Below are positions 31,601-41,246 of a DNA stretch of 64,000 nt, in pieces (position 1 is the first letter of the stretch; every line of letters begins with the position of its first letter). The DNA is from a virus (Duplodnaviria > Caudoviricetes), in IMG/VR virus record IMGVR_UViG_3300028888_000061, positions 1-64,000 of that record. The stretch is one strand, 5' to 3'. The translations under genes were made by a program, and so were the position numbers. Under the pieces are notes generated by a model. The model was not told the origin of the DNA, searched no databases, and saw only the letters and a program-made list of their open reading frames with translations.

Positions 31601-32057
31601 CAGTGAACGCAAAGTCATACGAAGAAGAGAGCCAATAACGCTATATAATAAAAACAGTTCTGGAATAATCGTGTTAAGAGAACTCAGCGGTGTCTTGAAC
31701 GCTTATGTGTCCATCGACTCAGGCACAACTGGGGTGTACGATGGACAAGAAATATCCCTGTCCAGTATGGATGCTTATCTGAACGGTTCGATTGCTCTTC
31801 CCGCTGGACTTAGACATGAAATCTTTGCTCGTGCTTGTTACTACATGAAGACCTATGCACAGCCTTATGTGGACAAAACAAAAGTTGTTGTCGTAAATGT
31901 AGCTTACTGCACATTCGAGTCAGACCTTATACTTCCAGAGGCATCTGTCTCTGAATATCGTGCAAGTGCAGAAAGGGTTATGTTTAAACCTTACAAGACA
32001 GTTCCAAACATTGCCTTTCCTGAAAAGATAAACCCGACCACGATGACCATAATCTAG
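28656..32057 (+). CDS. Large tail-associated protein
   Basis: NQLVRGHKRF fibre-like motif, one strongly hydrophobic segment, VPVGG...GTYRL module shared with the 38161 protein. Confidence 0.55.
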   Translation: MAKRGKHFFAKRIRYRENSLIRPKQNGDRTQGFDTNPIDLELERRITTHAKDDENVGDNQLVRGHKRFNDTVQMVDRDPFYSGYLRTQQATDNDSNVYTDSGRFPVMSLFTKNRLVTEDPEQIEGRESYSGLGVATQTFSGLGEKVMMRKANAGLLFSSLCGTNGWETSASLGNKNFYINMGASKTDGMQLNARDITRSPYRLPVRSLPFGSRLLVMMLLENRTVSGNDEHNQAITDGTTYASRIYNLMRESSIPDSLLNIVPDVMPVYEVIRNTGDKNITELYDWCTSKYASQTLDNLIVRLNKLTFSTTALDSSKKRTCVYEYLKVIVFSVISRLGTGMDRTLSELLPFDVYAAKNLNVSKYRRDYLMEYINGYGDYSNCLYRTYPWEGVFTPTVNQQLFDIIEGWFAGSDGTSLQKLYEIIAPLGGELLNVYLDDLLKRHGHVSGLDTSVYDAMVIGQGYEETVTAFGEYDPTGKMASLLQDGRYIEAVRSAFEILKQLSGGSALLYIVLLIFVGLPLIGMISMYVQTSPRNLDLQLSGLDALIFPYANTSPNVQLSGNNVTTNQFRFSVMANSLNWIGMGATNEILGLIRVISTGLCYVQDALDDGGLKLVGSQGVVTVSPSNPLSTVVNFKGLGEIQTNHLVAKTINCPDHLCGISALFKNEVSNIVEVPVGGVVLAIPHIQFSNIVINTVDGLIHTQTPMTVEVNEETDYRKWEWAGCLPFKMAQYNVTDNNWNYAFNNMYLQGGTYRLMSLLPNDVGTSDEDKFSQGAVLMQKISDATRVVSGNEGSIMCFIPSDKINKIGERIPLYPSSLYRKLLELNDGSLVISLKDSNSNVYDGYVYTISIKDKSDFISEEANLYITPSGYLVIGEFAYSALHIKKKNDSNTIENFFADKEYQMNPFKKNGNWIVDALEFGVYNPVNGKFLSVKNLLVNNDISLWTSLEKTDVIRDSNDHYMMATFEDFVLRHGEGYIYKTTSERKVIRRREPITLYNKNSSGIIVLRELSGVLNAYVSIDSGTTGVYDGQEISLSSMDAYLNGSIALPAGLRHEIFARACYYMKTYAQPYVDKTKVVVVNVAYCTFESDLILPEASVSEYRASAERVMFKPYKTVPNIAFPEKINPTTMTII

Positions 32058-32073
32058 TATGAGGAGAAACATC

Positions 32074-35000
32074 ATGGCAGGTACCTCAAACAAATCGTAC
32101 ACAACGTCTTTGTACAAGAATCAAAACACCGCTCTTCAAGGTGTTTATCAGATAGACCTTAACTCCATCCAGTACAAGAAATTTGCAGGAGAAATAGAGA
32201 ATATCGTCAAAGATTCCGTGTCTTACACGAACCGAGACAAAGCACTCGACATTTTCAGACAGTTGCTTACGGATTACACGTTCAAGTCAGAGTCGTATGA
32301 AGCATGGACTTTATCCGTAAACCAATTTGTGGATGAGTGTGCCCATGCCATAAAGAACGGTTACAAGACAATACCCGGTACGACAGAAGATGCGAATCTT
32401 GAAGGACTGAACGAAAAAATAATCATCAAGCTGTCACCTGGATTCAAAAGTCAGACAACCACGATGCGTGAGTCTAAATATGATGACACTACAATACGTT
32501 CTGTTCAGAACTTTTACGACCCATCAGGTGATTCGCAGGAACAGGTGTCAACAATCGTTGCATCACAGGTGGCGGTCGGAATGACATCTGTTGAAGGTGC
32601 GAGCAAGACTGTAACAGTTTTAAACTCAGCAAACGGAAATTATGACATGATGTCATCTGTTTCATCCTCTGTGAAAGCATCCGGTGTATCTGTTCAAAAC
32701 AGAACTTCACCGGATGCTTACGTCTGTATTTCAGATGAGATTTATGATGCAAGCGGCGCAAAGAATGATGATGCAACAGAGGCATTACAGTCTGCACGAG
32801 ATTCTTATGCTGAAATGCAACAGTCTCTTGGCGGAATGGATTTGTATGCAACAATGAACACACCCACAGAGGTGGAAGAAGCTGGCGGGTATTATGATGC
32901 GGTAAATAACGTATGCACATCAATGGTTCCACTAACGAAGGATGCCTTGAAAAACGATGTATTGCTGCCTGTTTCAAACGAATGCTTTGTGTCTTCTTCT
33001 GATATGTGTCGTGCAGAAGAACCAAACGACTTAAAAGACATTAAAGAACACACGGATGACACACTAAACCATGATGATGGTGTTGGAATAGATACCATGA
33101 ACATGGATTCCGTTGAGGGCGAATGGGCATTAGACCGTGGACGTTTTGACGAGCTTCTTTCGGACAAAAAGACAGAAATTGAACGTACATGGCGTGTGTC
33201 ATTGGACAGAGAACCCATAAGATTAGCCAACTACGGCCAGACACCTTCCGACCCTTTGGACAATACGAAAAATGCAACGTACTACGAATACGGTCTGAAG
33301 ATTGTGGAGCTTCCGCCTGTCGGTGTTGATATGGCGACGTTTGGAGAAGCACAGGAATTTCGTGTTTATTCACGCATTGAAACCGTAGGGTCTTTTGCAA
33401 GCAATGCAAACATTCAGAACCCAGTTCCGCCTGCCGGTCAGAATGCAATGGGTTTTTATTACACAAACCACAATGCACGTTCGTTGAGTTTGTCGTTCAC
33501 ACTTCATCAGCAGGAATATCCTGATACCCCTTTAATGCACATTGCAAATATCTTGCAAAATTTCTCAAGACCTTATCAGTACCCAGACCTTCATGTCGAA
33601 CCGAAGCGCTGCCAGATATACCTTCCAGGTATGACATTTGAGGGATACATCAGCACAGTGCAGTGTTCTTTCAAAGGCGACCTTTACACGACATGGAACG
33701 ATGAATTACCGCAACCAGCATCAGGAAGTCTTCAGAACACCACAAGTGAACAATACTCTTACGGACAACTCGAATGCAGCATTTCATTTCTGATTGACGA
33801 AAACATAACCCTGAAACAGGTGAAGTCCGATGAGAAATATGCAATAAAGTATGAGGAACTTCCAGCCGGGGAACAAGCCGAAGTTGTTTTGTTGTCTGAC
33901 GCAGTTGAACAAATGGAACTGCCAGGTAATCCTGACAAAAACCTTGTTAAGAGTTTGTTTGCGTCTGCTTCTGATTTCCGTATTTCTGATATTCAGGAAG
34001 TGCGTGAGTGGATTAAGAAAATCAAGAAAATGGTTTCAGACAATGTAGACAAACTGGATTCATTGGATGCCGACTTATCCACGATGACGGACTCTGAAAT
34101 GAACGACCTGCAACGATATTACCTTGCAGACAAACGAAGTGAAGGCACACTGTCGTTTCTTATTATGTTTGAAGCGGCTCTGGAGTATGCCTATACATGG
34201 CGTAATGGGTATAAAACAATCGCAGGTGCAGTGTTCGGAGAAAGCGGTGGAGAAAAGAACTTCTGGGACGAACGGCTGCTTACAGACCCAGGTATTTGGG
34301 ATTCAAACTACAAGTTCTCAGAAGTGTTTTCGAGTGATTACGAGAAGTTCAAAAACGTGTACCCTTTACGGAATGACTACGTTGACACGACAGATTCTTC
34401 ATGGTTCTCATTTGGAAGTGTCGTTCAGATGGCAACCCTTACAACGATGGCTGCAATATGCCCTGTGGCTTTTATTTTGTCCGCAGCGATTGTTGGAACT
34501 GGCACTATCATTGTAGCTGCTGTAAACGCAATTAAGGAAGGAATAAACGAAATTGGATTTTTCTTCTATCGGTTATTCGGACTCTCAGACCGAGAAGGAC
34601 AGTTCCCCTACGAATATTTTTCAAAGGCACTTACGATACTTCAAGGTACAGACACGTTATGGGGATTTCTTAATGAGCTAAAAGACATTCGACCATACTT
34701 CCAAAAAATAAAGCTGGATTTTTTCAAAACAAACAAGTTAGAGCGGTTGCTCAATGAGACAAAAGTAACGCTTGCTGAGAAGACGCCACTCTTTGAGAAC
34801 GGATGTCTTGTGACAAAGTTTAATGACAAGCCGTTACTGATTTACCCGCACTTACAATTCTTGACCTTGGCATACAAAGCAATAGGCAGAGGCTTGTGTG
34901 AAGCACTGAACAACTCAGGTACAGATTTGGCAGGAAAGGCAATAAACTCGGCAATTACGTCGGTTCAAAACGCAGCAACGTATGGAACTGACGGAGACCA

Positions 35001-36492
35001 TGTGAAAGAAATCCATGAAAAAACGACAAACAACGGTGAGGATGCCTACTTTGCAAATTTGGTTTACCTGTTCCGTCTTATGCAGTGTGCTTATCTGACT
35101 ATCGTCGATAATGGAAATTCTGGTGCTGCAATCAGCTTTGATTTCAATGCCATGGATATTCCAAACGCAACAGAGATGGATACAATGTACCGCGATTTGA
35201 AAAGTCGTTTAAGTCGATGGCATGACCTTGTATTTGGTCGGCACTTTGAGTTCAACCTTGGAACATTTGTCACATTCTATAACTACGAAAACAAAGACAT
35301 TGATGGTGCAGACTTTTGGTCGAAACTTGAAAAGTCCTTGGATTGGGTTATGGTGGCAGAAGGTTCAAAGAAGACAGATTACGACATGAAATTCAAAAAC
35401 CTCCTGACTAAAACAGATAAAGGATGGTACGAACCCGGTGAACTAAAACTGGTCACGGAAGGTCCTGTTGACGGTGAACTGGACGACTTCATAATGATTG
35501 TGAAATTCGATTGGTGGCTCGAAAGCACAGTAACCAATCTGCACCATAATGGCAATTTAGGCTCTTACACAGACGGAGCTATAAAGGCAGACAGAGTCAG
35601 TGCATCGCCAAAAAACAATCCAGGAAAGAGTCGTTGGTCAAACACACGCATCGTCAATGGAAAAAACTCAAGTTTCGAGGCGGACAAGAATGTTGTCGAT
35701 AAAGAACTGTCCATGAAAAACAATGTGGACGAAAAACACATAAACGATGTCATGGAATCCGATTACGCAGTGGCTGTTTGTCTGTCTGATGGATGGTATG
35801 AACAAGGAAGAACAGGAGCGGACAGGCACTGGCTGGATGATTACTGGGAAAATCCAGAAGCAGACAATTATGCCTCAAGGGATTATGTCCATGAAACACT
35901 TGCACTCTATAATGACTTTATGGACAAACTGAAGAATCTCAAAGCTGTATCAAGGGACACACAAGCAGCAAATGAACTCCACAAACAGATGTTATTGCTT
36001 GAAGTTATCACGACTGATACGTCAGGCAACGAAATGTGTTGGTCAGCAAAAGCAATTCAAGAAACCATTTATGGAAATGCGGCAAAAGCCATAACATTAT
36101 TACGAAATATTGGAATGACAACTGCGGTATACGATGTAATGCGAACACAACGTGTCGGTCTTTTAAACACAGACAAAATCATCAGCACACTGATGTCGCC
36201 GACAGATGAAATGAAAGCGTTATGGGGAGAACTTACATGGGGCGACTTTTACGAAGTTGTAAACAACACACCGCCTGCAGACCGTGAAAAGGGATGGATT
36301 AACAAGATTCTGCTAAAAAACGGTGAAACAGGATTTTATCCTGCACAAGGATTGCCGCGTAACGGAAGTACGTATCTTGAAACAGATGATTTGGTTGTGC
36401 GTGTAATAGGTTGGTTTTACGGAGACAACAAACAAAAGACAGCTGTTGCTGAGTTGTTTGAGAAAAACGGTTGGGCATATCCGTCACTTTAA
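32074..36492 (+). CDS. Large baseplate/tail protein with tube-initiator-like domain and hydrophobic hairpin
   Basis: YYTNHNARSLSLSFTLH...P.RCQIY.PG...GYISTVQ resembles contractile-tail tube-initiator folds; adjacent to the LysM wedge gene. Confidence 0.6.
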   Translation: MAGTSNKSYTTSLYKNQNTALQGVYQIDLNSIQYKKFAGEIENIVKDSVSYTNRDKALDIFRQLLTDYTFKSESYEAWTLSVNQFVDECAHAIKNGYKTIPGTTEDANLEGLNEKIIIKLSPGFKSQTTTMRESKYDDTTIRSVQNFYDPSGDSQEQVSTIVASQVAVGMTSVEGASKTVTVLNSANGNYDMMSSVSSSVKASGVSVQNRTSPDAYVCISDEIYDASGAKNDDATEALQSARDSYAEMQQSLGGMDLYATMNTPTEVEEAGGYYDAVNNVCTSMVPLTKDALKNDVLLPVSNECFVSSSDMCRAEEPNDLKDIKEHTDDTLNHDDGVGIDTMNMDSVEGEWALDRGRFDELLSDKKTEIERTWRVSLDREPIRLANYGQTPSDPLDNTKNATYYEYGLKIVELPPVGVDMATFGEAQEFRVYSRIETVGSFASNANIQNPVPPAGQNAMGFYYTNHNARSLSLSFTLHQQEYPDTPLMHIANILQNFSRPYQYPDLHVEPKRCQIYLPGMTFEGYISTVQCSFKGDLYTTWNDELPQPASGSLQNTTSEQYSYGQLECSISFLIDENITLKQVKSDEKYAIKYEELPAGEQAEVVLLSDAVEQMELPGNPDKNLVKSLFASASDFRISDIQEVREWIKKIKKMVSDNVDKLDSLDADLSTMTDSEMNDLQRYYLADKRSEGTLSFLIMFEAALEYAYTWRNGYKTIAGAVFGESGGEKNFWDERLLTDPGIWDSNYKFSEVFSSDYEKFKNVYPLRNDYVDTTDSSWFSFGSVVQMATLTTMAAICPVAFILSAAIVGTGTIIVAAVNAIKEGINEIGFFFYRLFGLSDREGQFPYEYFSKALTILQGTDTLWGFLNELKDIRPYFQKIKLDFFKTNKLERLLNETKVTLAEKTPLFENGCLVTKFNDKPLLIYPHLQFLTLAYKAIGRGLCEALNNSGTDLAGKAINSAITSVQNAATYGTDGDHVKEIHEKTTNNGEDAYFANLVYLFRLMQCAYLTIVDNGNSGAAISFDFNAMDIPNATEMDTMYRDLKSRLSRWHDLVFGRHFEFNLGTFVTFYNYENKDIDGADFWSKLEKSLDWVMVAEGSKKTDYDMKFKNLLTKTDKGWYEPGELKLVTEGPVDGELDDFIMIVKFDWWLESTVTNLHHNGNLGSYTDGAIKADRVSASPKNNPGKSRWSNTRIVNGKNSSFEADKNVVDKELSMKNNVDEKHINDVMESDYAVAVCLSDGWYEQGRTGADRHWLDDYWENPEADNYASRDYVHETLALYNDFMDKLKNLKAVSRDTQAANELHKQMLLLEVITTDTSGNEMCWSAKAIQETIYGNAAKAITLLRNIGMTTAVYDVMRTQRVGLLNTDKIISTLMSPTDEMKALWGELTWGDFYEVVNNTPPADREKGWINKILLKNGETGFYPAQGLPRNGSTYLETDDLVVRVIGWFYGDNKQKTAVAELFEKNGWAYPSL

Positions 36493-36537
36493 CAAAGGCG
36501 AGCGGGTAATTCACCATACGGATAGCGGAGATACGTT

Positions 36538-36825
36538 ATGACTACTATACAAACACCAGAAGTGCTTTACACAAAACTGTCACGGTACAACACTTCTGGC
36601 AACGAGAACGGATTTATCATGGAAGATTTCAAGAAAATGAACGTTCCGTTTACAGAGACCTTTGTTCGCAATGAAGAAGAAAACCATCCTGAGATTCTCG
36701 CACAGAGGATATTTGGAGATGCACGTATGTGGTGGGTTCTGTGTCGATTTAACGGATTTTCAGACCCTGACAATCTGCCAGCAGGTACACGTGTCAGGAT
36801 TCCGGAACTCAACGGAATCTCTTAG
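36538..36825 (+). CDS. LysM-like baseplate wedge protein (T4 gp53 / P2 gpX-like)
   Basis: HPEILAQRIFGDARMWWVLCRFNG...LPAGTRVRIP. Confidence 0.85.
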   Translation: MTTIQTPEVLYTKLSRYNTSGNENGFIMEDFKKMNVPFTETFVRNEEENHPEILAQRIFGDARMWWVLCRFNGFSDPDNLPAGTRVRIPELNGIS

Positions 36826-36875
36826 CCTGTCTGTCAACTATCGAATTAACATTAAGAAATCATAACTGATTTCTC

Positions 36876-38144
36876 ATGCAAAAGACTTTTCAAACGGAGC
36901 GTGGAGATATGTTGAAGGTAACTCACAGTGGTGCGTATGAAGCACGTGAACAGGCAAAGACTTTACAGGAATGGTTCGCCACAGGCGCTGCGACTAAAAA
37001 AATCCGTGAGGGTTTGAGTGTGTTTTCTCTCAGCAGAAAACGTAATGGTCCGGTGATGCTTGAAGCTACGTTACAGGCACAGTTCAAAAACGATGATGCA
37101 CTGTTCGATTCTGTCCTTGATGGTACGATTTCCGTGTGGTGTACAGATGTAGGGTTGAACGTCAAATGTTCCATTCCTGATTTCAAAGTCGGAAACAAAG
37201 AAGATATCACCGGCGTGATTGATGGTTGGACAACACGTTCGATTAAGGTTCAGGGTGAGACTGCTTATATGCTCGTTGTGGAAGACACTTCTTATGCGGC
37301 AAAACCTTATGAAGAAATGAAATCCATTCAGAACATGGAAAAGATGTCTGCATCAGAAGTTGTAAATGCAATTAACAACGCTGTTTCAGAAGCGACTCAG
37401 AAGATTGAAACTCAAATCAATGAAGACCTTAAAGAATACCGTGATGGTACCTTCAAATATTTTCCACCTGACCCTGAGCGTGGACGTGGAAGAAACATTA
37501 ACCCAATGGTTGTCATAACGACCATGGACAATGCGGTAGATGAACTGGGTTCAATCATGGTAGGTCTCGAATCGTTATCTGATGATGCACACAAGATGTA
37601 CAACGGAAAAGACCTGTTCGGTGGAGATTACGAACTGGATTTCGACAAAGCACTTTCATTCGCACGAAAAGCCTCAGACATTTTAAGCAACATAAAGTCA
37701 GGAGAACTTGACGCAAGCGACCCTGCACAGCGTAAGACGTTAGAGCAAATCATGTCAGACTCTACAAGGTTAAGCGAACATTTAAGTGGTTTGTGGAACG
37801 AACTGGTTTCAGGCGAGCAACGTTGTCAGTCTTTCTTTGGTTCTGGTAAAAACCTCAAACCTGTAAATCTTGCATTCTCACCTTCTGATTTTGAACCTGA
37901 TTCATGTGAAGATACGGCATACGATATTGACGAAGAAGGTCTCAAATCATTCGACATGTTGAAACCGTGTGTAAAGTCGTTCGTCAACGTACTTAATGCA
38001 CTAGGGAGTGATTATGAGCCGCTTATCGGTGAAATTGATGAAACTCTTGATAAAACACCTGCAATTTCATCAGATGGTACAATGGAAGCCGTAATCTATC
38101 AGGTCAAATACCAAAAACTGGCATACATAAACATTACGGAATAA
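36876..38144 (+). CDS. Hypothetical protein
   Basis: 422-aa ORF in the tail operon; the start may be 36909. Confidence 0.55.
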   Translation: MQKTFQTERGDMLKVTHSGAYEAREQAKTLQEWFATGAATKKIREGLSVFSLSRKRNGPVMLEATLQAQFKNDDALFDSVLDGTISVWCTDVGLNVKCSIPDFKVGNKEDITGVIDGWTTRSIKVQGETAYMLVVEDTSYAAKPYEEMKSIQNMEKMSASEVVNAINNAVSEATQKIETQINEDLKEYRDGTFKYFPPDPERGRGRNINPMVVITTMDNAVDELGSIMVGLESLSDDAHKMYNGKDLFGGDYELDFDKALSFARKASDILSNIKSGELDASDPAQRKTLEQIMSDSTRLSEHLSGLWNELVSGEQRCQSFFGSGKNLKPVNLAFSPSDFEPDSCEDTAYDIDEEGLKSFDMLKPCVKSFVNVLNALGSDYEPLIGEIDETLDKTPAISSDGTMEAVIYQVKYQKLAYINITE

Positions 38145-38160
38145 TTTGGAGGAAAGCATT

Positions 38161-40119
38161 ATGAAAGCGGCAAAAATTGTTTTCTGGAACGAGAACGACG
38201 AACGTTACGAGATGCAACTCGGTCAGCTGACATGCGACAGTCTTATTCTGAATGGACAGGACACCGCAAATGTTGCAATGTTCGACATCAGCCATCCATA
38301 TCCTGGATCTTCAAGATACACACTCAGACTTGTGTCTGGTCCGCTTGAAACGACAGGCATGAGCGATGTGATTGTCCCTCAAAAGATAGCGTTTATTGGT
38401 GAAACAACTCTTGGCGGTAGTGTTATGCTAAATAGCAGAACACAGGTTACGGGTTCTTTTGAGGTTTATTCATCCGCTACGTTTAATGGGGATACAACCT
38501 TTAAGAAACTTACCGTCGGTAGCCACGAAACTGACGAGGAAACAGGAAATATTGTTCCTTCAAATTCAACAACAGAAATGAATGGCGATGTGCGTGTGTA
38601 CGGCAACCTTACGTTATTTGAAACACTTGACGAATCAAGTGAAAATGGCGAAGGCGGTAAAGCATGGCTTCCATGGATTCTCGGCGTAAGAAAATTGGAA
38701 GCAGACCCTGAGACTCGTCAAGGAAATGAAGGACCTGGAAACATTATCTTTTACGGCAACCTCGAACCTGAAACCTCTGAGACAATGTCTATTGGCTCTC
38801 AGGATAAAGTGATTAAAGAAATTCACACCGACGTATTGCACGCAAACACGATTGTTTGTGATTCGTTCGACGGCGGCAGTGGCGGCAGTACAGAAATACC
38901 AACAACCTTACAATCTACCTCAAACCTTATCGTAGGCAGTCATACAGAGAGCAATGATGGAATTCAACCTTCAACAGGTGTTTCTGAGCTGAACGGACGT
39001 GTCGATATCTATGGCGGGGTTCGTGTACTCAATACAGCATATAATTCTATCGGAGGAGGTGGATATCTTTCGGTTTCGACCATTAGAGATGTGGAAAAAA
39101 TCGAACGAATTACAGGAGCAGGAGGTCAGGCAGCCATTTATGGTACAGTGGCTCTTGCGGGTAATTTTGAACCAGCATATCCTGATAAAGTTTCCCTTGG
39201 GACGGCAGACAAACCATTCAAAGACTTTCACACAGATGCCCTGAATGTTTATAAATCTGCCACGATCAAGAACCTTACGGTTGCACCAAACGCAGGTGAC
39301 ACGTTCAAACTCGGAAGCCATACAGTCAATTCATCAGACAATTCCATAACGCCATCAAACAGCATCTACGAATGCAATGGCCGTTTTGATGTGTATGGCG
39401 GAATCAGTGTGAAAAAGACAAACGGGGTTCAAGCGTTTTCTACTGGCGGTGGTTTCATCTCTGCATCAGAACTAAAAGGGATTGAAGTTATCAGCGGCGT
39501 ACAGTATGGTGGCAACTACAGACAGATTACAGTTATGGGAAGCCCTATTTTAAAAGAAACCAGCAACCAGAAGAGTACAATCAGTCTCGCAAATGAATCT
39601 TACACCAAAACCAAGTTAGTGCAGGACCTTACATTTATCCATGAGGCTGAAGGAGACTTTGAGGGTAATAGATATTCATGGACTGAAAAAGCATCTATAA
39701 ATGGGTGTAAGATTACTGTCAGTTCTTTACGTGATGACTACACCGACATAAATGCAGACCCCAGCTTTTATTCTTTAGACTTGAGAACACTATCGAGAGC
39801 TCAGACAAAAGAATCAACCCACACGATATCTGTACCGGTCGGTGGTCTTGTAATGGCGCAAATGTCGTCTGATTTTGCACAAGCACATAAAGACGAAGAG
39901 TTTTACGCAGGAGCTGTCATTGAAATTAACGACTCAAGCACTACGTGGTGGACAGATTCGGTTTACGGATATGATGCTTCAAGTGGTTCGGAATACATCT
40001 ATGGTTCTCACAGACTGGAAAGTGGTACGTACAGGGTTATTACTGGGTTTAGTATTGTAGAAACGTACCAAGGTGAAATACGTTGTCCCAACCAGATACT
40101 TCTACAGAGATTACACTAA
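38161..40119 (+). CDS. Tail fibre/spike with three internal repeats
   Basis: Three GSH...PS...E.NG...YG repeats; C-terminal VPVGG...GTYRV module. Confidence 0.65.
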   Translation: MKAAKIVFWNENDERYEMQLGQLTCDSLILNGQDTANVAMFDISHPYPGSSRYTLRLVSGPLETTGMSDVIVPQKIAFIGETTLGGSVMLNSRTQVTGSFEVYSSATFNGDTTFKKLTVGSHETDEETGNIVPSNSTTEMNGDVRVYGNLTLFETLDESSENGEGGKAWLPWILGVRKLEADPETRQGNEGPGNIIFYGNLEPETSETMSIGSQDKVIKEIHTDVLHANTIVCDSFDGGSGGSTEIPTTLQSTSNLIVGSHTESNDGIQPSTGVSELNGRVDIYGGVRVLNTAYNSIGGGGYLSVSTIRDVEKIERITGAGGQAAIYGTVALAGNFEPAYPDKVSLGTADKPFKDFHTDALNVYKSATIKNLTVAPNAGDTFKLGSHTVNSSDNSITPSNSIYECNGRFDVYGGISVKKTNGVQAFSTGGGFISASELKGIEVISGVQYGGNYRQITVMGSPILKETSNQKSTISLANESYTKTKLVQDLTFIHEAEGDFEGNRYSWTEKASINGCKITVSSLRDDYTDINADPSFYSLDLRTLSRAQTKESTHTISVPVGGLVMAQMSSDFAQAHKDEEFYAGAVIEINDSSTTWWTDSVYGYDASSGSEYIYGSHRLESGTYRVITGFSIVETYQGEIRCPNQILLQRLH

Positions 40120-40198
40120 CATCTTATGTTTTGTGAGAATATGATCTTAAAGTATGGTTGTATTCTCACAAAGCACAACAGTGAAATCGGAGTGACTT

Positions 40199-40675
40199 AT
40201 GTTCGACCTCAGCGGAATTTCATCTACATCATGGAAATTGCTTTGTGGTGTTCTTTTACTGGCCACAGTTCTGTCCTTTGTGCTAACAGGTGTGCGTTCC
40301 TGCAATGCAACACGGCGCGACAATGAACGTCTTGAAACCATCCAACAGTTACAAAACACGCTGCATGAAGTCGAAAATGAAAAAGCACAAATGCAGATAT
40401 GCATGGACGGAATGCAGTCGGAAATCAACATGCTCGCCGATAAGGTTGCACAAAGAGATGCTGAAATATCCACATTAAGTGAACTGCACAAGACTGAAAC
40501 ACAGGCCATTGAGAATGAAACGAAGATCGTGGAGGGAGTGTATGAAGCAGTACGAAAGGATGAAAAGGCATACAACTGGTTTGACGAAAAAGTTCCCGAC
40601 TCAATTCTGGATGTGTTCAACAGTTGCGTTTCTCTTGACGATGAATCTGTCTGCTTGCCAGACCACCAAAACTAA
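40199..40675 (+). CDS. Inner-membrane spanin (Rz-like)
   Basis: N-terminal TM, coiled coil, W.DEKVPD motif; overlaps a lipoprotein gene. Confidence 0.8.
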   Translation: MFDLSGISSTSWKLLCGVLLLATVLSFVLTGVRSCNATRRDNERLETIQQLQNTLHEVENEKAQMQICMDGMQSEINMLADKVAQRDAEISTLSELHKTETQAIENETKIVEGVYEAVRKDEKAYNWFDEKVPDSILDVFNSCVSLDDESVCLPDHQN

Positions 40676-40910
40676 AACAGAGTACGTAAATGTTTACAGG
40701 ACAGAATACATCTATCCATCAGATGCTTTACTCACGCCATGTCCTGCACAAGAAGATTTGAGCTTTACGACGAACGGCGAGATGTTGATGTCCCTCATTG
40801 ACCTGTCAACGAAATACGCTGTGTGTTCAGCACGCATGTCGGCAGTTATTCAATATGTTGAAACGATGAAAACCGTAAACATGGAAAGTGAGTCTCAAAT
40901 GTCACACTGA
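40560..40910 (+). CDS. Outer-membrane spanin lipoprotein (Rz1-like)
   Basis: Lipobox LSAC, P..LLTPCP...TNG...C motif; overlapped architecture; start approximate. Confidence 0.8.
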   Translation: MKRHTTGLTKKFPTQFWMCSTVAFLLTMNLSACQTTKTKTEYVNVYRTEYIYPSDALLTPCPAQEDLSFTTNGEMLMSLIDLSTKYAVCSARMSAVIQYVETMKTVNMESESQMSH

Positions 40911-41075
40911 TGAGAACAGACTCAGCTTCTTAGAAGCTATGCATCAACTTTAAAAAAGAAACGTTCTGATACCGCCTCAGTCAGTTCAATTCGGTTGGTG
41001 CTTTGTCGAGAGGAAGTCGTTACGCCCTACGGGCGGGACGCACTACATCGGCTCTCATGCTGATGGCTTACAGCA
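40892..41075 (+). ncRNA. Orphan IscB-type omega RNA / HEARO-like RNA
   Basis: GTCTCA...TGAGAAC-AGACTCAG, hairpin AGCTTCT/AGAAGCT, CTGA-TACCGCCTCAG-TCAG with loop CCTC complementary to TGTCGAGAGGAAG, GCCC-TACG-GGC hairpin; no IscB ORF follows. Confidence 0.6.
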
Positions 41076-41118
41076 ACACTTTTTCATTTGGAATGCAAAA
41101 CATCCTCACAAATGAGTC

Positions 41119-41202
41119 AAATTTGGTCTGTACGAAAAAGTTACGTGCTTACCTTAGAAGTACATGCCAAAAACAAAAAATCGCGTAGAACGAAAATTAG
41201 AC
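41119..41202 (-). repeat. 85-bp dispersed element, copy C (hairpin extension to about 41228)
   Basis: Reverse complement aligns with copies A and B. Confidence 0.75.
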
Positions 41203-41246
41203 CCGTTCTATGCGATTTTTTGTTTTTGCCTTACAGGTGGTGGTTA

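Noticed and set aside
41003-41188. 61-aa ORF after the omega-like RNA as an IscB remnant
   Set aside because: No PLMP/RRXRR motifs, and it overlaps the RNA hairpins and the repeat.
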